The notes beneath the pieces were generated by a model, which saw only the letters and a program-made list of their open reading frames with translations, had not been told where the DNA came from and did no database searches. Shown piece by piece: positions 55,664-64,000 of a stretch of 64,000 bases of DNA; position 1 is the stretch's first letter; each line of letters begins with the position of its first letter. This DNA comes from an uncultured Acidobacteriota bacterium. Its GTDB lineage: Bacteria; Acidobacteriota; Terriglobia; Bryobacterales; UBA6623. The translations under genes were made by a program, and so were the position numbers. The DNA lies in assembly GCA_963817465.1 (NCBI GenBank), contig CAWFOP010000021.1, forward strand, positions 91,429 to 155,428. Direction: 5' to 3'.

Positions 55664-56911
55664 ATGTCGAGGATCGCTGTTCTCTTACTTCTCTTGTCGA
55701 TTCGCGCTGTCGCCGCGGACTGGCCGCAGTGGCGCGGGCCCGAGCGTACCGGCATCTCGAGCGAGACGGAGCTGCTCGACCAGTGGCCGGAAGGCGGCCC
55801 GCGGCTGCTGTGGAAGGTCGAAGGCATCGGCGACGGATATGCGACGCCGTCGGTGGTGGGCGACCGCATCTACGCTCTGGGCAACCATGGCATGGACAAC
55901 GAGTTCGTGCAGGCGCTGGCGGTCGAGGACGGCCGCCAAATCTGGTCGGTGAAGCTCGGCGGAGTCGGGAACCCGGATCAGGAGCCGTCGTACCCGATGG
56001 CGCGCTCAACGCCGACGATCGACGGCGATGTGCTGTACGCATTGAGCTCGGACGGCGACTTGGTCGCGGTCCAGACGTCGACGGGTGAAGAGCTGTGGCG
56101 CAAGAGCCTGCGGCGCGATTTCGCCGGGCTGCCGGGCAAGTGGGCGTACGCCGAGTCGCCGCTGATCGACGGCGACACGCTGGTCGTCTCGCCGGGCGGG
56201 GAAGAGGCGACCGTCGTGGCGCTGAACAAGACGAACGGCGAGGCGATCTGGAAGTCGCGGGTGCCGGACGGCGATGCGGCGGCCTACTCGTCGCCGATCG
56301 TCATCGACGCGGCGGGACGCAGGCAATACGTCGTCTTCCTCGACAAGGGCGTCGTCGGCGTCGACGCCGAGACGGGCGAGTATCTGTGGCGCTACAACCG
56401 CACCGCCAACGGCCCGGCGAACATCCCGACGCCGGTGCACCAAGACGGCTACGTTTACAGCGCCAACGCACGGCGCTTCGGCGGCGGTCTGGTGCGGCTC
56501 GCGGCGAACGGCGGCGGCGTGACGGCCGAGGAAGTCTACTTCGCACGCACAGTGCCGAACACACTGGGAGGCCAGGTGTTGCTCGACGGCCGCCTCTACG
56601 GCACGAACCCGGAAGGGCCGGTGTCGGTGGACTTTTTGACCGGCGAGGTCAACTGGCAAGCGCCGGGCGGGCCGGGGGCCGTGCTCTACGCTGACGGTGA
56701 CTTCTACATTCACTTTGAGAGCGGCGAGGTGGCGCTGGCCGAGGCGACGCCCGAGGCGTATCGCGAAAAGGGGCGCTTCAGGCCGCCGGGTCCGCCGGCG
56801 CACGCGCTCGGACCGAGCGAGATGGCATGGGCGCATCCGGTGGTGGCGAACGGGCGGCTGTATATCCGCGACCTGGGCACGCTGTGGTGCTACGACGTCA
56901 AGGCGCGCTGA
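55664..56911 (+). CDS. PQQ-like beta-propeller repeat protein (BamB-like), secreted
   Basis: Signal peptide, then ADWPQWRGPERTG and repeated PQQ-type blades (ATPSVVGDRIYALG, STPTIDGDVLYAL, SPLIDGDTLVV). Confidence 0.75.
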   Translation: MSRIAVLLLLLSIRAVAADWPQWRGPERTGISSETELLDQWPEGGPRLLWKVEGIGDGYATPSVVGDRIYALGNHGMDNEFVQALAVEDGRQIWSVKLGGVGNPDQEPSYPMARSTPTIDGDVLYALSSDGDLVAVQTSTGEELWRKSLRRDFAGLPGKWAYAESPLIDGDTLVVSPGGEEATVVALNKTNGEAIWKSRVPDGDAAAYSSPIVIDAAGRRQYVVFLDKGVVGVDAETGEYLWRYNRTANGPANIPTPVHQDGYVYSANARRFGGGLVRLAANGGGVTAEEVYFARTVPNTLGGQVLLDGRLYGTNPEGPVSVDFLTGEVNWQAPGGPGAVLYADGDFYIHFESGEVALAEATPEAYREKGRFRPPGPPAHALGPSEMAWAHPVVANGRLYIRDLGTLWCYDVKAR

Positions 56912-56984
56912 GGCGCGTCCCGCTCGCCCATGGCAACGACCGCGAAGCTCGAGATCGCGCACGTTACGCGCCTGCGCGAGGGCG

Positions 56985-57150
56985 AGAGCACGTGTAGCAG
57001 CCTGCAGGATGCAGCGGAGCGGAATCCGGGGATCGACTGGACGGGAAGTCTTGGAAAGATTATCTTGGATCGCGTTTTAGGGCCCCGGGTGTCCGCTACG
57101 CTCGACCCGGGGCTATCCATTGCTTCGTCCTCCGGACGAGGTCGCGCCGG
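56985..57150 (+). repeat. Family-1 dispersed intergenic repeat, copy 3 (left arm internally deleted)
   Basis: gcagcggagcggaatccggggatcgactgg...cttggaaagattatcttggatcgcgtttt...ggggctatccattgcttcgtcctccggacgaggtcgcgccgg aligns with copy 2. It lies between convergent genes (55664-56911 + and 57156-57944 -). Confidence 0.75.
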
Positions 57151-57155
57151 GAGGT

Positions 57156-57944
57156 CTAGCGGGCCGCTGCGAGTCCGTCGGTGAGCTCGATGTAGGTGCC
57201 CCAGGGATCGGTGAGAAACGCGATCGATGTGTGGATGGCGTCGACGTGGCGGTAGGGCATGTCGAACTTCACGCCCTTGGCTTCGAGCTGCTTGCAGAAG
57301 GCTTCGAGGCCTTTGATCTCAAAGCCGATGTGGTCGACGGCGCGGCCTTTTGTCCCCACGGGCTTTTCTTCGGCTTGTCCGATCGACAGCCGCACGCCGG
57401 GGAACCACACTTCCTCCCAGCGTCCACGCTGGCCGGCCTTGCCGCCGAACATGTCGACGTACCACTGCTGCATGGCGGCGACATCGGTCGTGTAGAGGTG
57501 AATGTGATGATGCGCGACGGGCACGGTCAGCGTCGGGTCTTCGCTCAGCTCCACTTTGATGTCGCCGGGGAGGCGCAAGAAAGCCTGCGTCGGGCTGGGC
57601 CGCGTGGGATAGACCTCGAAGCCCAAGCTTTCCCAGTGCGCGACTTGTTTTTCGAGGTCGCGGACGTAGAAGCCCAGGTGGTTGACGGTCGAGCCCTCGG
57701 AGCCTCCGGTCGGCTCGCCCTTCTTGAGGATGATCATCGCGCCCGGCAACAGCAAGGCGTTCAGCGAGCCGATGGTCGCCGGTCGTGCGCCGAGGCCCTC
57801 GACCCAGGCCCTTTGCTGCGCCGCGAAGTTGGCTTCGCTGACCAGCAAGTGCAAATGGCCCATGCCGACTTCGCCGGGTCCGAGCTGCGGGATCTGCGCC
57901 GACAGGCAGCCGGCGACAAGGAGAAGGGAAGCGAGTACTTTCAT
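57156..57944 (-). CDS. VOC (glyoxalase/bleomycin-resistance/dioxygenase) family protein, two domains, signal peptide
   Basis: MKVLASLLLVAGCLSA signal. Two VOC modules are recognisable (VNHLGFYVRDLEK and VDHIGFEIKGLEA). Confidence 0.7.
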   Translation of the reverse strand: MKVLASLLLVAGCLSAQIPQLGPGEVGMGHLHLLVSEANFAAQQRAWVEGLGARPATIGSLNALLLPGAMIILKKGEPTGGSEGSTVNHLGFYVRDLEKQVAHWESLGFEVYPTRPSPTQAFLRLPGDIKVELSEDPTLTVPVAHHHIHLYTTDVAAMQQWYVDMFGGKAGQRGRWEEVWFPGVRLSIGQAEEKPVGTKGRAVDHIGFEIKGLEAFCKQLEAKGVKFDMPYRHVDAIHTSIAFLTDPWGTYIELTDGLAAAR

Positions 57945-58009
57945 TTTGTGTGAGCGACGTCGCGATGCGACTGTCGGGGGGAATTATACCCGCATTGAGC
58001 GGGACGCCG

Positions 58010-59152
58010 TCACCTGACGGCTTGCTCGCCGCCGGCGGGCGGCCCGTGAGCGGCGGCGGCGCGCTGCGCAAGCACCTGGTCCACGTCGGAGGAGGAGCCG
58101 AGCAGAACGGCGATCCAGCGCGTCTGGTCGGATGCGTCCATGGCGATCTTGACCGCCATGGTCAGCGGAATCGACAGCAGCATGCCCACCGGTCCGAGGA
58201 TCCAGCCCCAAAAGATCAAGGAGACGATGACGGCGAAGGTCGACAAGCCGAGGCCCTCGCCCATGAACTTGGGTTCAACGATGTTGCCGATCACGTTGTT
58301 GATCAAGACGTAGCCGACCAGGATGATGCCGGCCCGCCCCGGGCCGAGCTGCACGGCGGCCAGCAAGACGGGCGGAACCGCGGCGACGATCGATCCGATA
58401 TTGGGCACGTAGTTGAACAGGAATGCGAGCAGGCCCCAGAGCAGCGGGAAGTCGACGCCGACGATCGCGCACAGCAAGCCGGCGATGAGTCCGGTCAGCA
58501 GGCTGACCCAGGTCTTGATGAGCAGGTACTGGTTGATGCTCGAGCCCAGCGTGCGGAAGCGCAGGATCGAGGTTCCGTCGCCGCCGAACGCCGCTCGCAG
58601 CTTGTCCGGGAAGCCTTCCATCTCGAGCAGCAGGAAGATCACCATGATGACGATCAGGAAGCCGTTAGCCAGTATGCTGCCCAGGCCGCTGAACAGGTTG
58701 GCGGCGAGATCGAGAACCTGATTGGGGTTGACGAGGTCGCCGGCGAGGCGTTCGATTTCGAGCGATACTCCGTAGTCGCCGAGATAGTCGCTGACTTCGT
58801 TGAAGCTTTCGCGCGCTCGCGCTTCGTACACGGGCAACTGGCGGCGGAAGTCGCTGACCGAGGAGCCGACGATGCCGGCCATGAAGGCGAAGACACCGAG
58901 CACCGCGGTCACCACCAAGGCCAGGCTGACCGCGAAAGGCGCACCCTTGCCGTAAAGGAAATAGACCGCCGGCGCGACCGCTACGGCCACGAATACAGCC
59001 GCAAGCACGATCAGGACGAGGTCTTGGGCGGCTTTGAGGCCCGCCACGACGACGACGAAGGCGGCCAACGTGAACAGAAAGCTGCTGCGTTGCGGTCGCA
59101 AGATCGAATCGATCTTCTCGGGCGCGACCGGATCTGGGGCCGAGGCGGTCAA
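58010..59152 (-). CDS. AI-2E family transporter (PerM-like)
   Basis: Eight hydrophobic helices and the motifs FNYVPNIGSIVAAVPP and NVIGNIVEPKFMG. Confidence 0.8.
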   Translation of the reverse strand: MTASAPDPVAPEKIDSILRPQRSSFLFTLAAFVVVVAGLKAAQDLVLIVLAAVFVAVAVAPAVYFLYGKGAPFAVSLALVVTAVLGVFAFMAGIVGSSVSDFRRQLPVYEARARESFNEVSDYLGDYGVSLEIERLAGDLVNPNQVLDLAANLFSGLGSILANGFLIVIMVIFLLLEMEGFPDKLRAAFGGDGTSILRFRTLGSSINQYLLIKTWVSLLTGLIAGLLCAIVGVDFPLLWGLLAFLFNYVPNIGSIVAAVPPVLLAAVQLGPGRAGIILVGYVLINNVIGNIVEPKFMGEGLGLSTFAVIVSLIFWGWILGPVGMLLSIPLTMAVKIAMDASDQTRWIAVLLGSSSDVDQVLAQRAAAAHGPPAGGEQAVR

Positions 59153-59438
59153 GTAGTCAATAGGGTAACCGGTTGCGGGAATGAAGATGGTCCGTTTTGG
59201 TCAAAGCGGGGGAGGTCAGTATCGGACAGGGTCATCCGACCGTCGGCAAGGCGCCGACTCTCGCGATCCTCATGCGGAGGTCGGTGACGGAAGGCAACCC
59301 TTTTGACCAGGGTAGGCGCGGTCCCACCAAACAGCCTAGATCGGGTAGGTTCCGCGAAATTCCAATAGTCAGGAAGTTACTCTCAGCCCCGCCCTGGCAG
59401 CCCTTTCAGCCCTCGCAGAGAGCTACAATTCCCCTGTC

Positions 59439-60056
59439 TTGCACATCGGGTCCGGCATCAGCCACTACAAGATCGTCGAGAAGCTCGGCGAGGGCGGCAT
59501 GGGTGTCGTCTATAAGGCTGAGGACACCAAGCTCGAACGCACGGTCGCGCTCAAGTTCTTGGCTGACCACCTGTTGAGCGACGCGGAGGCCAAGGAGCGC
59601 TTTTTGCGTGAGGCGAAGGCGGCGGCCGCGTTGGATCATCCTAACGTCTGCCCGGTTCACGAGATCGACGAGGTCGACGGCAAGACTTTCCTGGCTATGG
59701 CGTTTCTCAAGGGTGTACGTCCATTCCCGAACGGCGCTGGCCACTGGCAAGCGTCGGTGGACGGCGGATCACAACCGCGTTGGAGCCGAGACGGCAAGGA
59801 GTTGTTCTACGTAAAGGATCTGACTCTTCTGAGCGTTTCGGCCGCGACGGGAGATCGGGTTACGCTGGGCCAGCCGCAGGAGCTGTTTCAATCCGACGAC
59901 CTGCGGTCCGGTATCCCGGTGCCGCAGTACGACGTTTCCGCCGACGGCCAGCGGTTCTTGACGGTGGGTCCCGCTGAACAGGGCGCCGAAGCCGCCCCGC
60001 CCAAGATCCGCGTCGTCCAGAACTGGTACGAAGAGTTCCGTAATAGGGAGCAGTAG
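59439..60056 (+). CDS. Remnant Ser/Thr protein kinase: N-lobe (~92 aa) fused in frame to a terminal TolB/PD40-like blade (internal deletion)
   Basis: YKIVEKLGEGGMGVVYKAED...VALKFL...HPNVCPVHEI...KTFLAMAFLKG covers kinase subdomains I-V. It is followed directly by PFPNGAGHWQASVDGGSQPRWSRDGKELFYV...YDVSADGQRFL...IRVVQNWYEEF. The catalytic loop (HRDLK) and the DFG and APE motifs are absent. Confidence 0.6.
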   Translation: MHIGSGISHYKIVEKLGEGGMGVVYKAEDTKLERTVALKFLADHLLSDAEAKERFLREAKAAAALDHPNVCPVHEIDEVDGKTFLAMAFLKGVRPFPNGAGHWQASVDGGSQPRWSRDGKELFYVKDLTLLSVSAATGDRVTLGQPQELFQSDDLRSGIPVPQYDVSADGQRFLTVGPAEQGAEAAPPKIRVVQNWYEEFRNREQ

Positions 60057-60135
60057 AAGGCCCAGAACCACAGCCTCGAATCGGCCTTTGCCGAGTAGCT
60101 TCCGACAAGTCCGGCGGTCTCGCATAATAAACCCC

Positions 60136-61083
60136 ATGTCTTCCCGTGCTGAATGGCCCAAGCTTCCCTATCAAGTCTGGACAGAGACCCTCTCCACGCT
60201 ACACCGCCATTTTCAGATCGTCGGCAAACTTCGCGTACAACTTAACCCCTGGTTCAACCATTCGTGGGGAACCTCTCTCTACCTCACTGCTCGGGGTCTC
60301 ACGACCTCACCCATGCCGTTCGACCGGCGCGACATCGAAGCCCAATTCGACTTTATTGACCATGCCCTAATCATCTCCACCAGCGATGGTCAGGTAGAAC
60401 GCATCGAGTTGGTACCCAAGACCGTTGCAAAGTTCTACTCCGAAGTCATGGGCGCCGTCGAGAGGTTGGGTTGCGATGTTGCTATCCACAACGCCCCGAA
60501 CGAAGTCCCCAACCCGATTCCGTTCGCGGAAGACGAGGAACACGCCGCTTACAACCCAGAGCACGCAGCCCAATTGTGGAACGCCTTGCGTCACACCGCT
60601 CGCGTCATGGCTGAATTCCGCGCACAATTCATCGGCAAGGTCAGCCCAATCCATTTCTTCTGGGGTGCGCCCGACCTTGCTGTCACTCGGTTCTCAGGGC
60701 GCCTGGCGCCGGAGCACGCGGGCGGCGTCCCTAACCTGCCCGACTCGATTGCCCGCGAAGCCTATTCGCATGAAGTTTCAAGCTGCGGTTTCTGGCCCGG
60801 CGGCGAGGGCTACCCCGACCCGGTTTTTTACGCGTACGCCTATCCGACGCCGGATGGGTTTTCTGAAGCTGAGGTCAAGCCCGATGCGGCATTTTGGCAC
60901 AAGGGTCTTGGCGAGTTCGTGCTGCCTTACGAAGTTGTGCAGCTCTCCGCCGACCCCGACGAGATGCTGCACGAGTTCTTCCAGAGCACCTACGAAGCGG
61001 CCGCCGACCTGGCATCCTGGGATCGGGCCAACCTTGAACGTCCTCGTGGCTTCCATCCCTCTGCCGTGAGTCGGCAAGCGTAG
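60136..61083 (+). CDS. DUF5996-family protein
   Basis: WPKLPY..W..T..TLH...QIVGK pattern as I recall it for DUF5996. Start chosen at MSSRAEW (60136). Confidence 0.55.
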   Translation: MSSRAEWPKLPYQVWTETLSTLHRHFQIVGKLRVQLNPWFNHSWGTSLYLTARGLTTSPMPFDRRDIEAQFDFIDHALIISTSDGQVERIELVPKTVAKFYSEVMGAVERLGCDVAIHNAPNEVPNPIPFAEDEEHAAYNPEHAAQLWNALRHTARVMAEFRAQFIGKVSPIHFFWGAPDLAVTRFSGRLAPEHAGGVPNLPDSIAREAYSHEVSSCGFWPGGEGYPDPVFYAYAYPTPDGFSEAEVKPDAAFWHKGLGEFVLPYEVVQLSADPDEMLHEFFQSTYEAAADLASWDRANLERPRGFHPSAVSRQA

Positions 61084-61198
61084 ATTCCTACAAGTCCGCG
61101 TGTAGGAAATGACCCGGTGGTCCAGGTAGGCGAAAGGGAACCTTTTCGCCCATTCCGAGGGCGGCGCCGGTTGCCGCAGAGTGCAGGCTTCGATTCGT

Positions 61199-61230
61199 GA
61201 TATCGTTTCAAGATATCGACTTCGGATATC
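61199..61230. repeat. Three GATATC palindromes at 13-bp spacing
   Basis: GATATC at 61199-61204, 61212-61217 and 61225-61230, in the 320-bp lower-GC spacer upstream of the PadR-TolC-RND genes. Confidence 0.6.
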
Positions 61231-61405
61231 ATCGTCCCACTGCAATTTTCGCGACCACGCGGCGAGATTCGCGTGACGACCGAGCCGTGCGGGGCGCTGT
61301 TAATTGGTCGGCACAAGGTCGCGATGCGCGCCGCCGGTTTTGAAGAGCAGATCCGTCCGCCCCAACCGTCGGGGCGGGCAAGGTTGGGAGGTTAGCATCC
61401 GAGAA

Positions 61406-61771
61406 ATGCCTGGACACAAACCGCAGTTCGATTTCGTGGAGCTTCACATCTTGCACCATGCCTCCGAAGCGCCGCTGTATGGCCTCTGGATGATCGAGGA
61501 GTTGGCCGAACACGGCTACAAGCTCAACGCCAGTCAGCTTTACCCGCGCTTCCACCGTCTGGAGCGCGGCGGTTACTTGGATCGCGATGACCGGGTGGTG
61601 GACGGGAAGCTTCGCAAGTACTACCGCCTCACGCCCGCCGGACAAGGCTATCTCGATGAGCAGAAACGGCGCTTGCTCGAGCTCATCAGTGAAGCGCTCA
61701 CCGTGACTGAGCTTTCCCAGGCGCTGGACCGACGCCGCCGTCGCGAGGAGGCGAAACGGCCCCCTGCCTGA
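61406..61771 (+). CDS. PadR-family transcriptional regulator
   Basis: ELHILHHASEAPLYGLWMIEELAEHGYKLNASQLYPRFHRLERGGYL...KYYRLTPAG is a typical PadR wHTH. Confidence 0.8.
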   Translation: MPGHKPQFDFVELHILHHASEAPLYGLWMIEELAEHGYKLNASQLYPRFHRLERGGYLDRDDRVVDGKLRKYYRLTPAGQGYLDEQKRRLLELISEALTVTELSQALDRRRRREEAKRPPA

Positions 61772-61797
61772 ACCGGTGGATTCGTTTCTCAAACCCC

Positions 61798-63195
61798 ATG
61801 GACAGATCGATGCAGCGACTTCTTTGTCTGGCGGCCATGGCCGCCGCCTCGCTGGCCGCGCAAGCTGTGCCGGCCGAGCCCCCGCAGACGCCGCTCACCA
61901 TTGAGCAAGCGGCGCGCCTCTCGGCGCGCAACTACCCGGCGATCCGTTCCTCTCTGGCGGAGATCGCCGCAGCGGGAGGAGGAGTCGACTTGGCCAAGAC
62001 GGCGTATTTGCCGCATGCCGACTTGCGGCTAGCGGTCAACCGCGCCACTCGCAACAACGTCTTTGGACTGACCTTTCCCAATAGCGTGATTCCGGCAATC
62101 TCCGGGCCTGTCCAGGATGAGTCGACGATCAACAGCACATTCGGCAGCGCGGCGGGCGTGTTGTTTTCCTACGAGCCCTTCGACTTTGGGTTGCGGCGCG
62201 CCAACGTCGCCGTCGCCGAGGCCGTCAGGGCTCGCGCCGAGGCCGGCAAGTCGGTCACCGAGTACGAGGTTTCGTTGGCTGCGACGGACGCCTACTTGGA
62301 GGCGGTCGTCCACCGCAAGGCGGTAGAGGCCGCGCAAGCGACCGTAGACCGCATGCAGGTCTTCTTGGATTCGGTTGACGTGCTGGTCCGCAACGAGCTG
62401 CGTCCGGGCGCGGACGCATCGCGGGCCCGCGCTGAGCTGGCGCGCGCTCGCACCGAGATGATTCGCGCCGAACAGGAAGCGCAAACGGCTTTGGCCACGC
62501 TCGCCGAGTGGTTAGGCTTCGCCGGCCAACCCGTCGAGATCGCGCCGGCGTCCTTGCTGGGCGATCCTCCGTCGGGGCTCGCTGAGAGCGGGGCCCTCGA
62601 TGCGCACCCGCTGGCGGCCGCGCAGCAAGCGGATATCGCCGTCAGTGAAGCGCGCCAAGCGGCGCTCGAGAAGGAGTGGCGGCCGACATTTGAGCTGCAA
62701 TCGGCTCTTTATGGACGCGGAACAGGGGCGCGTGTCGACGGCACCTTTCAGGGCGGCGCGAACGGCCTTGCACCGTCCGCCGGAAACTGGGCCGTTGGCT
62801 TCAACATGGAATTCGAGCTGTTCGACTACAAGAAGAATCGCGTCGAGCGCCGTATCGCGGGCCATCAAATCGAGCGCGAACAAGCTCGCAAGGACGTTGT
62901 GCTGCAACAGATCCGGGGCGAAGTCGCCCGCGCCAGGATCGCCGTCGGAGCCGCTCGTCAAGTAGCGGCGAATACGCCTGTCGAACTGGAAGCCGCGCGC
63001 ACCTTGGAAATTCAGGCTCAAGCGCGCTACAAAGCCGAGCTTGGCACGGTGATCGAAGTCGCCGAAGCGCAACGTCTTCTGCGTCAGGCCGAGGTAGACG
63101 ACGCACTAGCCCGCCTCGGAGTGTGGCGCGCCCTTTTCGCGCTCGCCGCAGCCGAGGGAGAGACGGACGAACTGCTGACGGCGGCTAGCCGCTAG
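61798..63195 (+). CDS. TolC-family outer-membrane efflux protein
   Basis: Signal peptide, then two OEP repeats ([18 protein letters not shown]..., coiled-coil-rich sequence). Confidence 0.8.
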   Translation: MDRSMQRLLCLAAMAAASLAAQAVPAEPPQTPLTIEQAARLSARNYPAIRSSLAEIAAAGGGVDLAKTAYLPHADLRLAVNRATRNNVFGLTFPNSVIPAISGPVQDESTINSTFGSAAGVLFSYEPFDFGLRRANVAVAEAVRARAEAGKSVTEYEVSLAATDAYLEAVVHRKAVEAAQATVDRMQVFLDSVDVLVRNELRPGADASRARAELARARTEMIRAEQEAQTALATLAEWLGFAGQPVEIAPASLLGDPPSGLAESGALDAHPLAAAQQADIAVSEARQAALEKEWRPTFELQSALYGRGTGARVDGTFQGGANGLAPSAGNWAVGFNMEFELFDYKKNRVERRIAGHQIEREQARKDVVLQQIRGEVARARIAVGAARQVAANTPVELEAARTLEIQAQARYKAELGTVIEVAEAQRLLRQAEVDDALARLGVWRALFALAAAEGETDELLTAASR

Positions 63196-63214
63196 CCCGA
63201 GGAGAAACAAGACA

Positions 63215-64000
63215 GTGTGGCTCATTCATGCCGCCATGCGGCGGCCTATCACGATTCTGATGGTCATCCTCGGCGTGGCCTTGACCTCCATCCTGGCGTT
63301 CAACCGGATGAAGGCCGATATCTTCCCCGATCTGGGGACGCCGGTCATCTACGTCGCGCAGCCCTACGGCGGCATGGACCCCGCCCAAATGGAAGGCTAT
63401 CTCGTGAACTACTACGAGTATCACTTCCTCTACATCCGCGGAATCGACCATGTCGAGTCGCGCTCGATCCAGGGCGCGGCCCTGATGAAGCTCAACTTCC
63501 ACGAGGGCACGGATATGGCGACGGCGATGTCGGAGACCGTCGCGCAGGTCAACCGTGCGCGATCGTTCATGCCGCCCGGCACCGTGCCGCCTTTCATCAT
63601 GCGCTTCGACGCCGGCAGCGTTCCGGTCGGTTATCTGGTCTTTTCGAGCGAGACACGATCCGTTGATGAGATTTCGGACTTGGCGCTGTTTCGCATCCGG
63701 CCGATGTTTTCGCGCCTCGAAGGCGTCTCCGCGCCGCCTCCGTTCGGCGGCAGCGCCCGCAGCTTGGTCGTGCGCGTGCAGCCGGAAAAGCTTCGCGCCT
63801 ACGGAATGTCACCCGACGACGTGGTGCAGGCCATCGCGAAAACCAATACGATCTCGCCCTCGGGCAGTGTTCGCATCGACGACAAGAACTATCTCTCGCC
63901 GGTGAACTCGACGGTCGTTCAAGCCGTCGATCTCAACGACGTCCCGATCCGCGGCGGACCCGGCCCAACGGTCTACCTGCGCGATGTGGGCTATGCCGAG
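63215..64000 (+). CDS. Efflux RND transporter permease, N-terminal 262 codons (continues beyond window end)
   Basis: My own translation from GTG 63215 (GGAGAAA 8 nt upstream) gives [71 protein letters not shown]...[26 protein letters not shown]. It is absent from the track because there is no stop in the window. The listed ORF 63217-63666 is the wrong frame. Confidence 0.8.
   Translation, partial: MWLIHAAMRRPITILMVILGVALTSILAFNRMKADIFPDLGTPVIYVAQPYGGMDPAQMEGYLVNYYEYHFLYIRGIDHVESRSIQGAALMKLNFHEGTDMATAMSETVAQVNRARSFMPPGTVPPFIMRFDAGSVPVGYLVFSSETRSVDEISDLALFRIRPMFSRLEGVSAPPPFGGSARSLVVRVQPEKLRAYGMSPDDVVQAIAKTNTISPSGSVRIDDKNYLSPVNSTVVQAVDLNDVPIRGGPGPTVYLRDVGYAE

Overview
High-GC bacterial chromosomal segment (GC judged by eye, not computed). 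The gene content looks Acidobacteriota-like (Solibacter/Bryobacter type): a TIGR03437-type C-terminal domain, a Ser/Thr-kinase-TolB-type fusion remnant, an egtB-egtD pair, a Tat-less [NiFe]-hydrogenase and many exported glycoside hydrolases and peptidases. Most of the window is ordinary housekeeping or accessory metabolism: two RND efflux systems, hemB, adenosine deaminase, glycosyltransferases and oxidoreductases. No rRNA, tRNA or CRISPR array was found. Six things stand out. (1) A lower-GC island (43.3-48.5 kb) encodes a split lanthipeptide-type RiPP pathway. It has a 166-aa precursor whose five Cys all sit in the last 32 residues, a stand-alone APH-like kinase, a HopA1-like/LanC fusion and an Lgt-family membrane enzyme. 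I do not recognise this architecture as a described lanthipeptide class. (2) At the window start, an orphan second [NiFe]-hydrogenase small subunit is translationally coupled (ATGA overlap) to a PAS histidine kinase and a NarL-type regulator, directly upstream of the catalytic small and large subunit genes. This is a candidate H2/redox-sensing module without its own large subunit. (3) A degraded low-GC islet (24.35-27.54 kb) is bracketed by near-identical direct copies of a ~195-bp element with 17-bp terminal inverted repeats. (4) A second ~150-220-bp hairpin-rich repeat family occurs three times, always between convergent genes. (5) Five loci carry frameshifts, mostly at short homopolymer runs. 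These are more likely assembly indels than true pseudogenes, and one of them may hide an MBL-fold/clan-CD-peptidase fusion. (6) One Ser/Thr kinase gene is internally deleted. Long antisense ORFs in the track are treated as high-GC shadow ORFs.
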